DNA of 64,000 nucleotides, taken from contig JAFTRA010000003.1 of NCBI GenBank assembly GCA_017462485.1, forward strand, positions 859 to 64,858, written 5' to 3'. Of the stretch, positions 10,335 to 19,231 are shown one piece after another. The position numbers and the translations under genes were made by a program. The number at the start of each line of letters is the position of its first letter. Position 1 is the first letter of the stretch. The DNA comes from Clostridia bacterium. GTDB lineage: Bacteria; Bacillota; Clostridia; Oscillospirales; CAG-272. The notes beneath the pieces are model-generated. The model was not told the origin of the DNA. It was given only the letters and a program-made list of their open reading frames with translations, and made no database searches.

Positions 10335-11366
10335 TTATTCTAATTCATCAAGGAAATAAGGACGGGTCCAAGCCTTTTTGCCCGACTTGTCTCTGACCTC
10401 GAGTCTGAACCAGGGCGCACTGCGTCTGCACTGGTCCGGGTTACCGGCGTCGACAATAAAGTCGTTTATATCAAAGCTCACGTCTGTTAAGGGTGTATTT
10501 TCACTTCCGTTTTTGCTTCTCGCAAAGCGGATATCGGTAACGAGCTTCACAAAAACAACGTCGGACGCCTTAATATTCACCACACCGTCCTCTATGGAAA
10601 TCTCTTTGATTTCGGGTCCGTTCGAGGAATAGCAATCCCCTCTCTCTAGAGCTGAAATAATACTGTCATAATCAAGCTTGTCAGCCTTTATCATAGTCCA
10701 GCCACCGTAGGCGCTTGCGTTAAGGTTATGCGCATCATCTGCCGCTACCGCCACAACACGCTGTCCCCTATTCACAAGGTCATCAAGCGGCTGCGTCGTG
10801 TCCTCATATCCACCGCGTGCCGAGCTGGTGTTGTAAACCTCAACGCCCCAAAGTCCACTGAGGTCTATATAATCCGAATAGTTATGTAAGGACCAGACGG
10901 GATGATTGTAGCAAACCAAAAAGCCGTCGTTATTTGCTCTTTGTATCAGGTCGTTTATGCCCTCTCTCGAATGAAATTTTCTATATTTGTTATTTATCGT
11001 AGTCTCGGAGACGTACGCCTTTGAATGCTCAAGGAAAATGGACTTTCCGGTGCAAACACAGCACTCGGTCTTATCGTTTGTCTTAGCATACAGATTAAGG
11101 TGGAAAGACTTATTGTATTTAAATCCGCCGGGCCAGTTATCATTTATAGCAAGCTCGGTTGCGTTTATCGCAAGGAAATCCTCATCGGTCATATCGTTAT
11201 GCGGAACGAACACCTCGTGGTCGGTGTAAGCAAGCACCGAATAACCGTGGCTCTTGTATCCCTCTTTAGCTTCCTCGGGAGTAATTCCTCCGTCGGATAT
11301 GTTAGTATGAACGTGCAAATTCGCTTTGTAAGAATTGCCGTCCTCTCTCAAAAGATATTTTCTCAT
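10335..11366 (-). CDS. PHP-domain metallohydrolase
   Basis: Motifs NLHVHTNISDG, YTDHE, YNHP, EVYN, ADDAH. Confidence 0.88.
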   Translation of the reverse strand: MRKYLLREDGNSYKANLHVHTNISDGGITPEEAKEGYKSHGYSVLAYTDHEVFVPHNDMTDEDFLAINATELAINDNWPGGFKYNKSFHLNLYAKTNDKTECCVCTGKSIFLEHSKAYVSETTINNKYRKFHSREGINDLIQRANNDGFLVCYNHPVWSLHNYSDYIDLSGLWGVEVYNTSSARGGYEDTTQPLDDLVNRGQRVVAVAADDAHNLNASAYGGWTMIKADKLDYDSIISALERGDCYSSNGPEIKEISIEDGVVNIKASDVVFVKLVTDIRFARSKNGSENTPLTDVSFDINDFIVDAGNPDQCRRSAPWFRLEVRDKSGKKAWTRPYFLDELE

Positions 11367-11564
11367 AAAAACCTACCTCGGATTTCTACGCATTTTTGTG
11401 AGTAAATTATATAATTAGAGTTTTCCACGTTTGCAATTTGTGAAACTTTACCTACAATTAATTATAAGTCATATAGCGGATTTTGTCTTTACATTATTTT
11501 ATCATTTAGCATTTGTTTTTTTGCATTATCTTACTAAAAGCAAAATATCCTCTTTAGCAAGATA

Positions 11565-11620
11565 AATAAAAAGGTTAGCTTAAATACAAACCGCGGATTG
11601 TTTTAGCTAACCTTCTTTAT
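11565..11620. terminator. Intrinsic terminator-like hairpin after the GNAT gene
   Basis: AAGGTTAGCT...AGCTAACCTT stem flanked by A/T runs. Confidence 0.6.
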
Positions 11621-11657
11621 TACATTTTATCAGTTTTTAAAATCGGGGTACTCCCTC

Positions 11658-12419
11658 TCAATCAAACGCCAAACCAAAGTACTTTGGCAAAAAAAGCTTT
11701 TTTTCCCCTAAAGCAAGATACATTGCAAAAGGCTTCTCGTCACTCGGCGTTCTGAAGCGTCCATCAGCGCAGTCAAGCGAACGCAATATCATTGGCGCAA
11801 TTGAAGCATCACCAAGAAGCTCTATACCGAAAAGCGTGTTACCCTCACGTCTTGCCGCAAGAATAAAGTCCTTTCCGCTGTAAAGGTCTGACTGAGCTTC
11901 GAGAAATCTGAGGTTCTCGTTCTCCTGAATAACGCTTCCCTCAGGCAAAAGACCAAGGCGAAGCTCGGCATACTCCGAGGCTTTTATTCTACGCAGCTCT
12001 ACGTTTTTTTCAGATGGTAGAGAATAAAACTCATTAATACCGCCGAAAGCCCTGTATCCAAGCCTTTCATAAAAGGAGAAAAGCTCTTTATTTCCCGGAA
12101 CAAGAATAGCGCCTATATATCCAAGCTCCAAAAGCCGCTTATGCGCATATTGCATAAGAGCGGTGCAAATTCCTCTCCCACGATATGCCTTTGCGGTCGC
12201 AACGGCATACAAATACGCAACACGCTCCCCACGGTACGAGCAATCAAACCAATAAAGCGCAGCGGTAATTTTATCACCCTCTGCTGCATAAAGACAGCGT
12301 TCGGGCGAAAACGCTTCAGCGAAAAAGACGTCAAGAAATGCCTCACCGTCAAAAAATGCCTCGCGCCACAGTGCGCGGAGTGAGGGTATATCCAACGAAG
12401 TGGGTGAATTAATAGTCAT
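11658..12419 (-). CDS. GNAT family N-acetyltransferase
   Basis: Acetyl-CoA motif YAVATAKAYRGRG and FYERLGY. Overlaps the upstream gene by 11 nt. Confidence 0.88.
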   Translation of the reverse strand: MTINSPTSLDIPSLRALWREAFFDGEAFLDVFFAEAFSPERCLYAAEGDKITAALYWFDCSYRGERVAYLYAVATAKAYRGRGICTALMQYAHKRLLELGYIGAILVPGNKELFSFYERLGYRAFGGINEFYSLPSEKNVELRRIKASEYAELRLGLLPEGSVIQENENLRFLEAQSDLYSGKDFILAARREGNTLFGIELLGDASIAPMILRSLDCADGRFRTPSDEKPFAMYLALGEKKLFLPKYFGLAFD

Positions 12420-13344
12420 AACCTTCCTCCAAAAGACAAGCCCACCATTTCTTTACCATATGATGAGGATGATAGCTTAATTTAGCTTTTCTAAGCCCCT
12501 CAAGTCCCATATCTTCCTCACGGTCAAGGTAACGAACGCTTGGATATTTATCTCGTATATAACGGGCAAGCGCTTGATTTATTGCGGCATAGCTGCCTTG
12601 AACTTCGGATAACGCTTTTTCAAAATGCACGTCAAAGGTATCAAAAGACAGGCGGCTCGCGAAAGTAAATCCAAGCACCTCATCGCCCGAAATTAAAGCA
12701 AGCCCCTCCATACCGAGTCTCTTATAATCACGAAACGCCTTTTCAAGAGCTGCCCTTTCCATATGGTAATCAGCGTCGGGATTTTCTTTAAGACGAGAAG
12801 CGTACCAGTCGTTCGCGAACTCCCTCACCATTGAAATATTGCTTTCGCAAATCGGCTCCGCCTTGCAGCTTGGGAAGGCTTCTTTAAAACGGTTCAAATG
12901 GTTGCGCTTTGCCTGGTACCTCTTACCCACAAGGTCGGCAAGGTCGTTAATATCGTAAACGTAGTCAAACGAGCCCTCATCAGAGTGGAAGCGGAATTTT
13001 CCGGGATACATCTCTTCAATTTCTTCCCTAGCCTCCTCGGAAAGTCCTGTTATACGGCAAGAAATTCCTCTTGCTTTCGAGTCTGCGATAATAGAATCAA
13101 TAACTGCTCTTTTGTCACCGACTCCTATCGGATAGGGGTAAACGCTGCGCCTGTTAAACTGCGAAAAGAGCGCTATATGATTATGCACGACGGCAAAGCT
13201 CTGCCGCCCCCATAAATAAAGATTCGCAAAGGAAAATTCGCACCCTCTTAAGCTCTCGGCCGCAAGGTAGCTTTCGTAAAGCTCCTTATCCTCTATGCTT
13301 ATTGGAGCGAAATCTATCTTATTTATAAGCTTCGTTTCTGTCAT
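12409..13344 (-). CDS. DUF2156 / aminoacyl-phosphatidylglycerol-synthase-like C-terminal domain protein (soluble)
   Basis: Motifs FSFANLYLW, DYVY, KRNHLNRF, HFEKA, REEDMGLEGLRKAKLSY. Start moved to the ATG at 13344 (MTETK), which has an AAGGA RBS. Confidence 0.85.
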   Translation of the reverse strand: MTETKLINKIDFAPISIEDKELYESYLAAESLRGCEFSFANLYLWGRQSFAVVHNHIALFSQFNRRSVYPYPIGVGDKRAVIDSIIADSKARGISCRITGLSEEAREEIEEMYPGKFRFHSDEGSFDYVYDINDLADLVGKRYQAKRNHLNRFKEAFPSCKAEPICESNISMVREFANDWYASRLKENPDADYHMERAALEKAFRDYKRLGMEGLALISGDEVLGFTFASRLSFDTFDVHFEKALSEVQGSYAAINQALARYIRDKYPSVRYLDREEDMGLEGLRKAKLSYHPHHMVKKWWACLLEEGYDY

Positions 13345-13382
13345 AATTATGACCGTTCCTTTCCCGGATAGGCGCAAAAAAT

Positions 13383-13830
13383 ATAATATACGAAGTTCGC
13401 ATCTGTCGGCTTGCCAGCAAGGGCGAACGACTATATTTCAAGGAATGTGCGAAAATCTTTGATTTTCGACGTGCTGCCGCAAGGCAACACTGTTAATTTC
13501 GGTTTTATCGAAATTAACGGCACATAGATTATAATATACGAAGTTCGCATCTGTCGGCTTGCCAGCAAGGGCGAACGACTATATTTCAAGGAATGTGCGA
13601 AAATCTCTGATTTTCTACGTGCTGCCGCAAGGCAACACTGTTAATTTCGGTTTTATCGAAATTAACGGCACATAGATTATAATATACTAAGTTCGCATCT
13701 GTCGGCTTGCCAGCAAGGGCGAACGACTATATTTCAAGGAATGTGCGAAAATCTCTGATTTTCGATGTGCTGCCGCAAGGCAACACTGTTAATTTCGGTT
13801 TTATCGAAATTAACGGCACATAGATTATAA
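13383..13830. repeat. Three tandem copies of the 148-bp multi-hairpin repeat
   Basis: Units start at 13383, 13531 and 13679; near-identical. Confidence 0.95.
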
Positions 13831-13852
13831 CATTTACACCTTATTTTGTCAA
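13824..13852 (-). promoter_or_regulatory. Consensus sigma-A promoter reading into the repeat array and the DUF2156-GNAT operon
   Basis: TTGACA-17 bp-TATAAT with an extended TG on the minus strand. Confidence 0.75.
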
Positions 13853-13949
13853 CGGCATCAAATACCTATAAGAAATCTTCCCCAAAATGAAAGAAAAATA
13901 TGAGCGAGGACACAATCGGCGTTCTCGCTCGTTTTCAAAATATATCAAT

Positions 13950-14582
13950 TCATTTTTCGATGCCATTTGGCGCAAGGTCGAAAAGTCTGTTTTTATGCAA
14001 GAGAAGAACACCGCCAAGGAAAGCTCCCTGACCTACGACGTTCACACCCTCCGCAATCCAATTCATAGCGGCCTCGGCAAAATCCTTTGATGAAAGATAT
14101 CCCATACAAAGAGAGCATACAAAGGATAGGGAGAAAAGAACGATAAGCGCGGGCTTTTTAGTTTTCACAGAGAGTATCGAAAGCACCGTGTCCATAATTC
14201 CGAGTCCGAGAACCATAATCCCGACGAAAACGAACGTTCCGCGAAATACGGGCGGAGCCACAGCAAGAAACGCATTTTCAGACTTGTTCTTCAAAAGCAC
14301 ACTGAGTATCCCTATACCGCCAAGCAAAAATCCTATTGACTGAACAGGGAAAAACATAGCGTTAAGTGCCTCAAAATCGCACACGCCCGAGGCGTAAAGA
14401 AGCTTATACGTCGCTTTGAGCGCTCCCGCTATCGTTATGTTTACAACACCTGAGGAAAAGCAAGCAAATCCCCATTTTGACATTTTGTCATATAAGTCCA
14501 TCATCAGAATAAACGATGCTATGGCGAAGCAAATTACGGGAATATAATCAACCAACGCCATAGATACTGTAAAGTCTTTCAT
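13950..14582 (-). CDS. Hypothetical integral membrane protein (about 6 TM)
   Basis: Multiple hydrophobic segments; GGAG RBS before the ATG at 14582; last gene of the TetR-linked cluster. Confidence 0.8.
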   Translation of the reverse strand: MKDFTVSMALVDYIPVICFAIASFILMMDLYDKMSKWGFACFSSGVVNITIAGALKATYKLLYASGVCDFEALNAMFFPVQSIGFLLGGIGILSVLLKNKSENAFLAVAPPVFRGTFVFVGIMVLGLGIMDTVLSILSVKTKKPALIVLFSLSFVCSLCMGYLSSKDFAEAAMNWIAEGVNVVGQGAFLGGVLLLHKNRLFDLAPNGIEK

Positions 14583-14665
14583 ATTAATCTCCAAAGAGGC
14601 TCGTGTTCGACCTTAAATTAAGCGATTTCGCTTATCCTTTGAACAACGAGCCTCCGATAGTTTTA

Positions 14666-15466
14666 TTATTTCTTGTTAAGGTGGTAAATAGGAAGAAGAG
14701 GAATTATAATAGGAGTCTTGTTTGCGTAGGTATTATACTCCTCATTTTCACCGTAGCGAGCCATCTGACGCTTTTCAAGACGCTGCGCGCCGTTGAACAT
14801 TATGTAAACTATACATACGTACGCAAGAATAGCGGTTATCCACTGACCAAAGCCGCTATACGTGGTGATTCCACTCACGAAAACACCCGTCCAGAAGATA
14901 ATTTCTCCAAGGTAGTTGGGGCAGCGAACTATTTTGTAAAGTCCCTGTGTCGCAACCATATCGGGACGAAGCTTCTTCTGCGCCGACTTCTGATTATCGG
15001 CAACGGCTTCAAGAACAAGCCCAAGGATAGAAACGACGAATCCAATGATAGGAAGAACTATATCCTCCGAGCCGTTTGAATAGCGGAAGAGCATAGGAGA
15101 AACCTGGGCCGTGTAAAGAACCGCAACGGTTACCCAGATAGTGAAGAGCACGAAGAAGGGCATCTTTTTGCCGTCACCCGAAACCTCTTTAAAGGTTTTT
15201 TTATAGGTTGCGCTTTTGATTTCACGAACGAGAAGGAAGCCCGAAAGACGAATTCCGTAAGCAAGGAAGAGCGCCGCCTCAATAAGAAGAATCCAAATAG
15301 GAGTGCTTCCCGGATTTACGAGAGCCATAATAAGCACCGCTATACCGCCGCCCGCAACCGCGAAGCCATATCCAATAGAAAGGAAATAAACGAATTTATA
15401 GAATCCTACAGCGCAAAGAGCCGCGCATACTATCGCAAGAATTCCAATTAAAGACCAGGGCATCAT
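14666..15466 (-). CDS. DUF1295 / steroid-5-alpha-reductase-like membrane protein
   Basis: Motifs EAVADNQK, GLYKIVRCPNYLGE, YNTYANKTP. Confidence 0.85.
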   Translation of the reverse strand: MMPWSLIGILAIVCAALCAVGFYKFVYFLSIGYGFAVAGGGIAVLIMALVNPGSTPIWILLIEAALFLAYGIRLSGFLLVREIKSATYKKTFKEVSGDGKKMPFFVLFTIWVTVAVLYTAQVSPMLFRYSNGSEDIVLPIIGFVVSILGLVLEAVADNQKSAQKKLRPDMVATQGLYKIVRCPNYLGEIIFWTGVFVSGITTYSGFGQWITAILAYVCIVYIMFNGAQRLEKRQMARYGENEEYNTYANKTPIIIPLLPIYHLNKK

Positions 15467-15467
15467 A

Positions 15468-16319
15468 TCAGTTCTCCTCCTTAAAGCTTTCCTTTATGTA
15501 GTGCGCGAAGCTCATATCGCCGTAAACGGTATCTCCTACCATTTCCTCTGTCATAGTCCACTTGCCGAACTTGAGAACTCCGTCCTTGCCCGTCTTCTTC
15601 ACCTTGTTTACAAAGGCGAGAACGTCAAAGAGGAATGCGGGAGCGCGCTTGATAACGACAGGCTTGCCTGCCGCCTCAAAACAGAGAGTTGCAAGCTCCT
15701 CGTAAGAATAGGTTTCCTTTCCACCTACGTTGTAGGTCTTGTTCTCATCGTTCATATGCAGAACTATAAACTCTGCAAAGTCTTCGGTAGAAATAACGTT
15801 TGCGTGAATAGGCTTCTTTCCGAGAAGAGTAACCTCTCCCTTGAGTATCATGGGCTTGAACACCTTAATAATATCGTAGAAATAGCCTGTCGGACGGTGA
15901 ATAACGTAATTTATGCCGCTTTCTATAAGCTCCTTCTCAAACATAGCCTTTGCGTGAAGCATTGGAATGTGGGGCGCTTTATCTGCCTTTATAACCGAGA
16001 TGAACGTGAAATTCTTAACGCCCGCAGCCTTTGCCTCGTTAAGAAGATTAAGATTACCCTTGTAGTCTATCTCGTAAGGAGTAACGGTTGCCGAGCCCTT
16101 GGTGAGTCCAACGGTCGTGATAACCGTATCGCAGCCCTCGCAAATTCCCTTAAGAGTTTCTGCGTCGGTAACGTCTATTTTCTTGAATTCGTATTTTTTT
16201 GAGATTCCAATATCACGCTCGCATATATCCGCAGCAACAACTTCGTGCCCGTCATTTATAAGCTTTTTAAGTATATCAGCGCCAAGATTTCCAAACGCGC
16301 CTGCAAGTAAAACCTTCAT
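15468..16319 (-). CDS. Atypical SDR (NmrA-like) NAD(P)H-binding oxidoreductase
   Basis: GAFGNLG Rossmann motif, IDYKGNLNLL, RPTGYF. Confidence 0.88.
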   Translation of the reverse strand: MKVLLAGAFGNLGADILKKLINDGHEVVAADICERDIGISKKYEFKKIDVTDAETLKGICEGCDTVITTVGLTKGSATVTPYEIDYKGNLNLLNEAKAAGVKNFTFISVIKADKAPHIPMLHAKAMFEKELIESGINYVIHRPTGYFYDIIKVFKPMILKGEVTLLGKKPIHANVISTEDFAEFIVLHMNDENKTYNVGGKETYSYEELATLCFEAAGKPVVIKRAPAFLFDVLAFVNKVKKTGKDGVLKFGKWTMTEEMVGDTVYGDMSFAHYIKESFKEEN

Positions 16320-16334
16320 TTTGTAAACTCTCCT

Positions 16335-17264
16335 TTACTTTTTATTCTTTTCTTTCGACCTTTTGTCGTTAATTATCTGCATATGCTCGGGAGTGATGAG
16401 TTCAACTCCATTCTCTCTTGCCCAGGCAACGCAGCCCTTGAGAACGAGAGGAAGGAATACTCTTGGAACACCGAGCACCGTCATAAGCGCTTCGTCGGTA
16501 AACTTAATTTTATCGTCAACTCGATCTGCCGCATAACGAACCGATTCGATAGACGCCTTGCGCATTTGAAGAAGCTCCGCTCTCATTCTCGTCTTTCTAT
16601 GGAACCAGAAGTTCTTACTGTCACGGTATCCGTAGTCAACGGGAAGTCCCGGGAAATCCTTTGCTCTAACGCCGTTTATTATCGCGTCACTGTACTTTTT
16701 CTTCATGAGAATTTTATCCACTTTAAGAATAAAGTGCGCTCCGAACTTACTCGTTATACCGTTAAAGTCGTGATACGGTCCCTCGTAGCCGTTAAGCTCG
16801 CCCGGCATATCCTTATCAGCTCCGTCAAGCTCTCTTACCCAGGTACATTCAATAACCTCAATAGCGTCACTCATTACCATAGGACGTACGTCCTCGGGAT
16901 TTTCCTCCTCTATCATACTCTTTTCAAGCTTGAACTTGCACTTAGGCATCTTCTCGGAGGGCTTATCACCCGGCCAGGAAAGCTTTACCGCTTCCTTGAA
17001 CATCTTAGGGTCGTCGCTTATAAAGTTAAGCGCGCACTTACCCGTACGAAGAATGTTCTGTGCGGTGTTCGAAGAGTTGCGGCAGCACAAAAGCATAGCG
17101 TAATAATCCTTACCCGCTACGTAATAGGGCTGCACTAACGAATAAGGACCAAGGTTGGTCGTTCCGTCCTCACAGAGAGTGCTGATGAGAACTGTTGGCA
17201 TCGGGAAATAGAGCGACGTCTGATAGAAATTATCCACGATGCGAAGATTTTCAAAGCTGCTCAT
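16335..17264 (-). CDS. Flavin-reductase-like (DIM6/NTAB) protein with a C-terminal PCP_red-like domain
   Basis: PMPTVLISTL..DGTTNLGPYS, NTAQNILRTG, ALNF, IEC. C-terminus FTDEA...VPRVF...AREnGVELITPEHM resembles the BchB/ChlB C-terminal (PCP_red) domain. Confidence 0.72.
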   Translation of the reverse strand: MSSFENLRIVDNFYQTSLYFPMPTVLISTLCEDGTTNLGPYSLVQPYYVAGKDYYAMLLCCRNSSNTAQNILRTGKCALNFISDDPKMFKEAVKLSWPGDKPSEKMPKCKFKLEKSMIEEENPEDVRPMVMSDAIEVIECTWVRELDGADKDMPGELNGYEGPYHDFNGITSKFGAHFILKVDKILMKKKYSDAIINGVRAKDFPGLPVDYGYRDSKNFWFHRKTRMRAELLQMRKASIESVRYAADRVDDKIKFTDEALMTVLGVPRVFLPLVLKGCVAWARENGVELITPEHMQIINDKRSKEKNKK

Positions 17265-17286
17265 TTTTGATACTCCTTATATAATT

Positions 17287-17808
17287 TTATTTTATTATTT
17301 TTTCCAAAATCCAATATATTTCATCAAATTCGACGCCGTCATGCGTCCACGTTAAAATAGACTCTATTATAAATTCTGCGGCAAACGCAGAGTTTTCGGG
17401 GCAGCTTTTTTTGCATATTGGTAAAATAACCGCCGCAAGCTGACTCCTTAACTGACGGTGCCTCATAGTACCAACCGTGGCAAAAACCTTTGCGGCTTCG
17501 GGGTCGAGAAACAATGCGCTATGCTTCTTTGAAAACGAGGATATTACGTTATAAACCGATAGCAATAGCGCCTTCGGGTCATCAATCACAGATTCGCTTA
17601 TCTCATCAAGGCAGCTCTTCCATTCCTCTGCCATAAACGTAGCGATAAGCATATCCTTTGATGAAAAATAATTATAAACCGTACCGACGGCAAGGCCGCA
17701 TTCTCTGGCAACTGAGCGCATGGTGGTGTTAGCGTAGCCCCTTTCAGCTATCTGGCGTCTTGCCTCCGAAAGAAGCTGTTCTCTTACGTTTTCTATAATT
17801 TTAGGCAT
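17287..17808 (-). CDS. TetR/AcrR family regulator
   Basis: HTH GYANTTMRSVARECGLAVGTVYNYFSSK. Confidence 0.93.
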   Translation of the reverse strand: MPKIIENVREQLLSEARRQIAERGYANTTMRSVARECGLAVGTVYNYFSSKDMLIATFMAEEWKSCLDEISESVIDDPKALLLSVYNVISSFSKKHSALFLDPEAAKVFATVGTMRHRQLRSQLAAVILPICKKSCPENSAFAAEFIIESILTWTHDGVEFDEIYWILEKIIK

Positions 17809-17863
17809 ATCTATTCCTTTGTTTCTGTTTCATAAAAGTGAAATGCAAGAAGCAAGCGCTTTT

Positions 17864-17911
17864 ATGAACTTGTTCATTTAATATTATATACCTTTGTTAA
17901 AAGTTTGTCAA
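17864..17911 (-). promoter_or_regulatory. Consensus promoter with a palindromic operator, probably the TetR site
   Basis: TTGACA(17906-17911)-17 bp-TATAAT(17883-17888). Palindrome ATGAAC-TT-GTTCAT at 17864-17877 overlaps the predicted TSS. Confidence 0.7.
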
Positions 17912-18087
17912 TAGGTTAATCCAATATATTTTCGGCGGGGGGCGCTCAAATAAAAACCCATAAAATTAAATCTTCTAAAACGAAACCCGGGACTGCGCAC
18001 CGCAAGTCTCAAATGCAAAAAGCGAAAGACACGGAATTCTCCGCTCTTTCGCTCTATTTTTATATAATATGCTTATAATTGTAATTA

Positions 18088-18936
18088 TTAGTTTGCATTT
18101 TCGGGCGTTTTCGTTTGCAACTCATCGTGTTCAATCACGAGAGCGGACTCCGACGTTATGTCTTCAGCAGCTCTTGTTGGAAGTAATATTTTGTTGATTT
18201 TCGGGCAATATTTATAGCTTATCTCCGAGATGATATAAAGCAACACGGCACCAAGAGTACAAACGAGAAGATCAACGACAGTATCAATCGACCCTAAATC
18301 GAGATATCCCTCTATCTCATAAATCTGACCGTCACCGTAGTAGATAAGAGTTTTCTCTATATCCTCAATTATTACGGGCGTATTATGTCCCCCCGAGAGA
18401 ACGTACGAGCAAATTCTGTCAACGAACGTGTCCTCAAAATTATCACCGCTCATAAATACGTTGCCCGCATATTCGAACAGCTCCCAGCCGACAGCAACCG
18501 CAAGACTGAAGAAAAGTCCGAAAAGCAAGCAACCTCTAAAGCTCCTCTTATCACTTGCCTTACCGAAAAATTTCTCGGCAACACCATATCCGAGGCAAGC
18601 GAACAGCACACCCGAAAGGCAGTGCAGAATATCGTCAAAGAACGGTATAAGCATATAGAAATCGAAGCACGCTCCGAGTATTCCGCCAAATGCTAACGTG
18701 AGTGACGCGGCAACAAAAAGCGTTCCGAATCTGATATTCACCATATGCTCAACCCAATATATGAAGAATACAAAGCCTATAAAAACAAACGAAACGATCA
18801 AATTTCTCAAGGAAAAATCTATCATCCAATATATCCCCGAAAGTACGCAAAGAAGTGAAAAAACCGCCATAACAACCGAGGTTGCTCTGTCATTTAAAAT
18901 CCTCTCCTTGACGTGATTTCCATATCTTTTAAACAT
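18088..18936 (-). CDS. Membrane protein, DUF2238-like
   Basis: FDDILHCLSG, WELFEY and DTVVDL motifs. AGGAG RBS before the ATG at 18936. Confidence 0.75.
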   Translation of the reverse strand: MFKRYGNHVKERILNDRATSVVMAVFSLLCVLSGIYWMIDFSLRNLIVSFVFIGFVFFIYWVEHMVNIRFGTLFVAASLTLAFGGILGACFDFYMLIPFFDDILHCLSGVLFACLGYGVAEKFFGKASDKRSFRGCLLFGLFFSLAVAVGWELFEYAGNVFMSGDNFEDTFVDRICSYVLSGGHNTPVIIEDIEKTLIYYGDGQIYEIEGYLDLGSIDTVVDLLVCTLGAVLLYIISEISYKYCPKINKILLPTRAAEDITSESALVIEHDELQTKTPENAN

Positions 18937-19231
18937 ATCCAGCTCCTGTCTGTAATTAATACTGTATAATATATTAAGTCCTATAAATATATTATACCGC
19001 GCGTTTGTTTTTGAATCTATTATATTTTGTTTCTGAAGTGTTATTATAATACTGTATAGCTTTGCGATAAACACGTCATACAATTATTCCAAACCGCAAA
19101 GTAACTCCGATTATATCACTTTATTGAACAGCTGTCAATATTAATTTAAGCTTTTATAAAAAGTTTTTGTCAAAATAAAAAAGCCGACTCGAATTTTTTC
19201 AAATCGGCATTTATATACTGTGTTTTGTTAA

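Noticed and set aside
13383-13830. Possible CRISPR array or type III antitoxin array
   Set aside because: Units are 148 bp and near-identical with no unique spacers; no cas or ToxN-like gene is adjacent.
18937-19083. N-terminal extensions in the ORF track (also at 13377, 21321, 23176, 38355, 46410)
   Set aside because: Downstream ATGs generally have better RBSs or family-typical starts, and the extensions run through AT-rich or promoter DNA.
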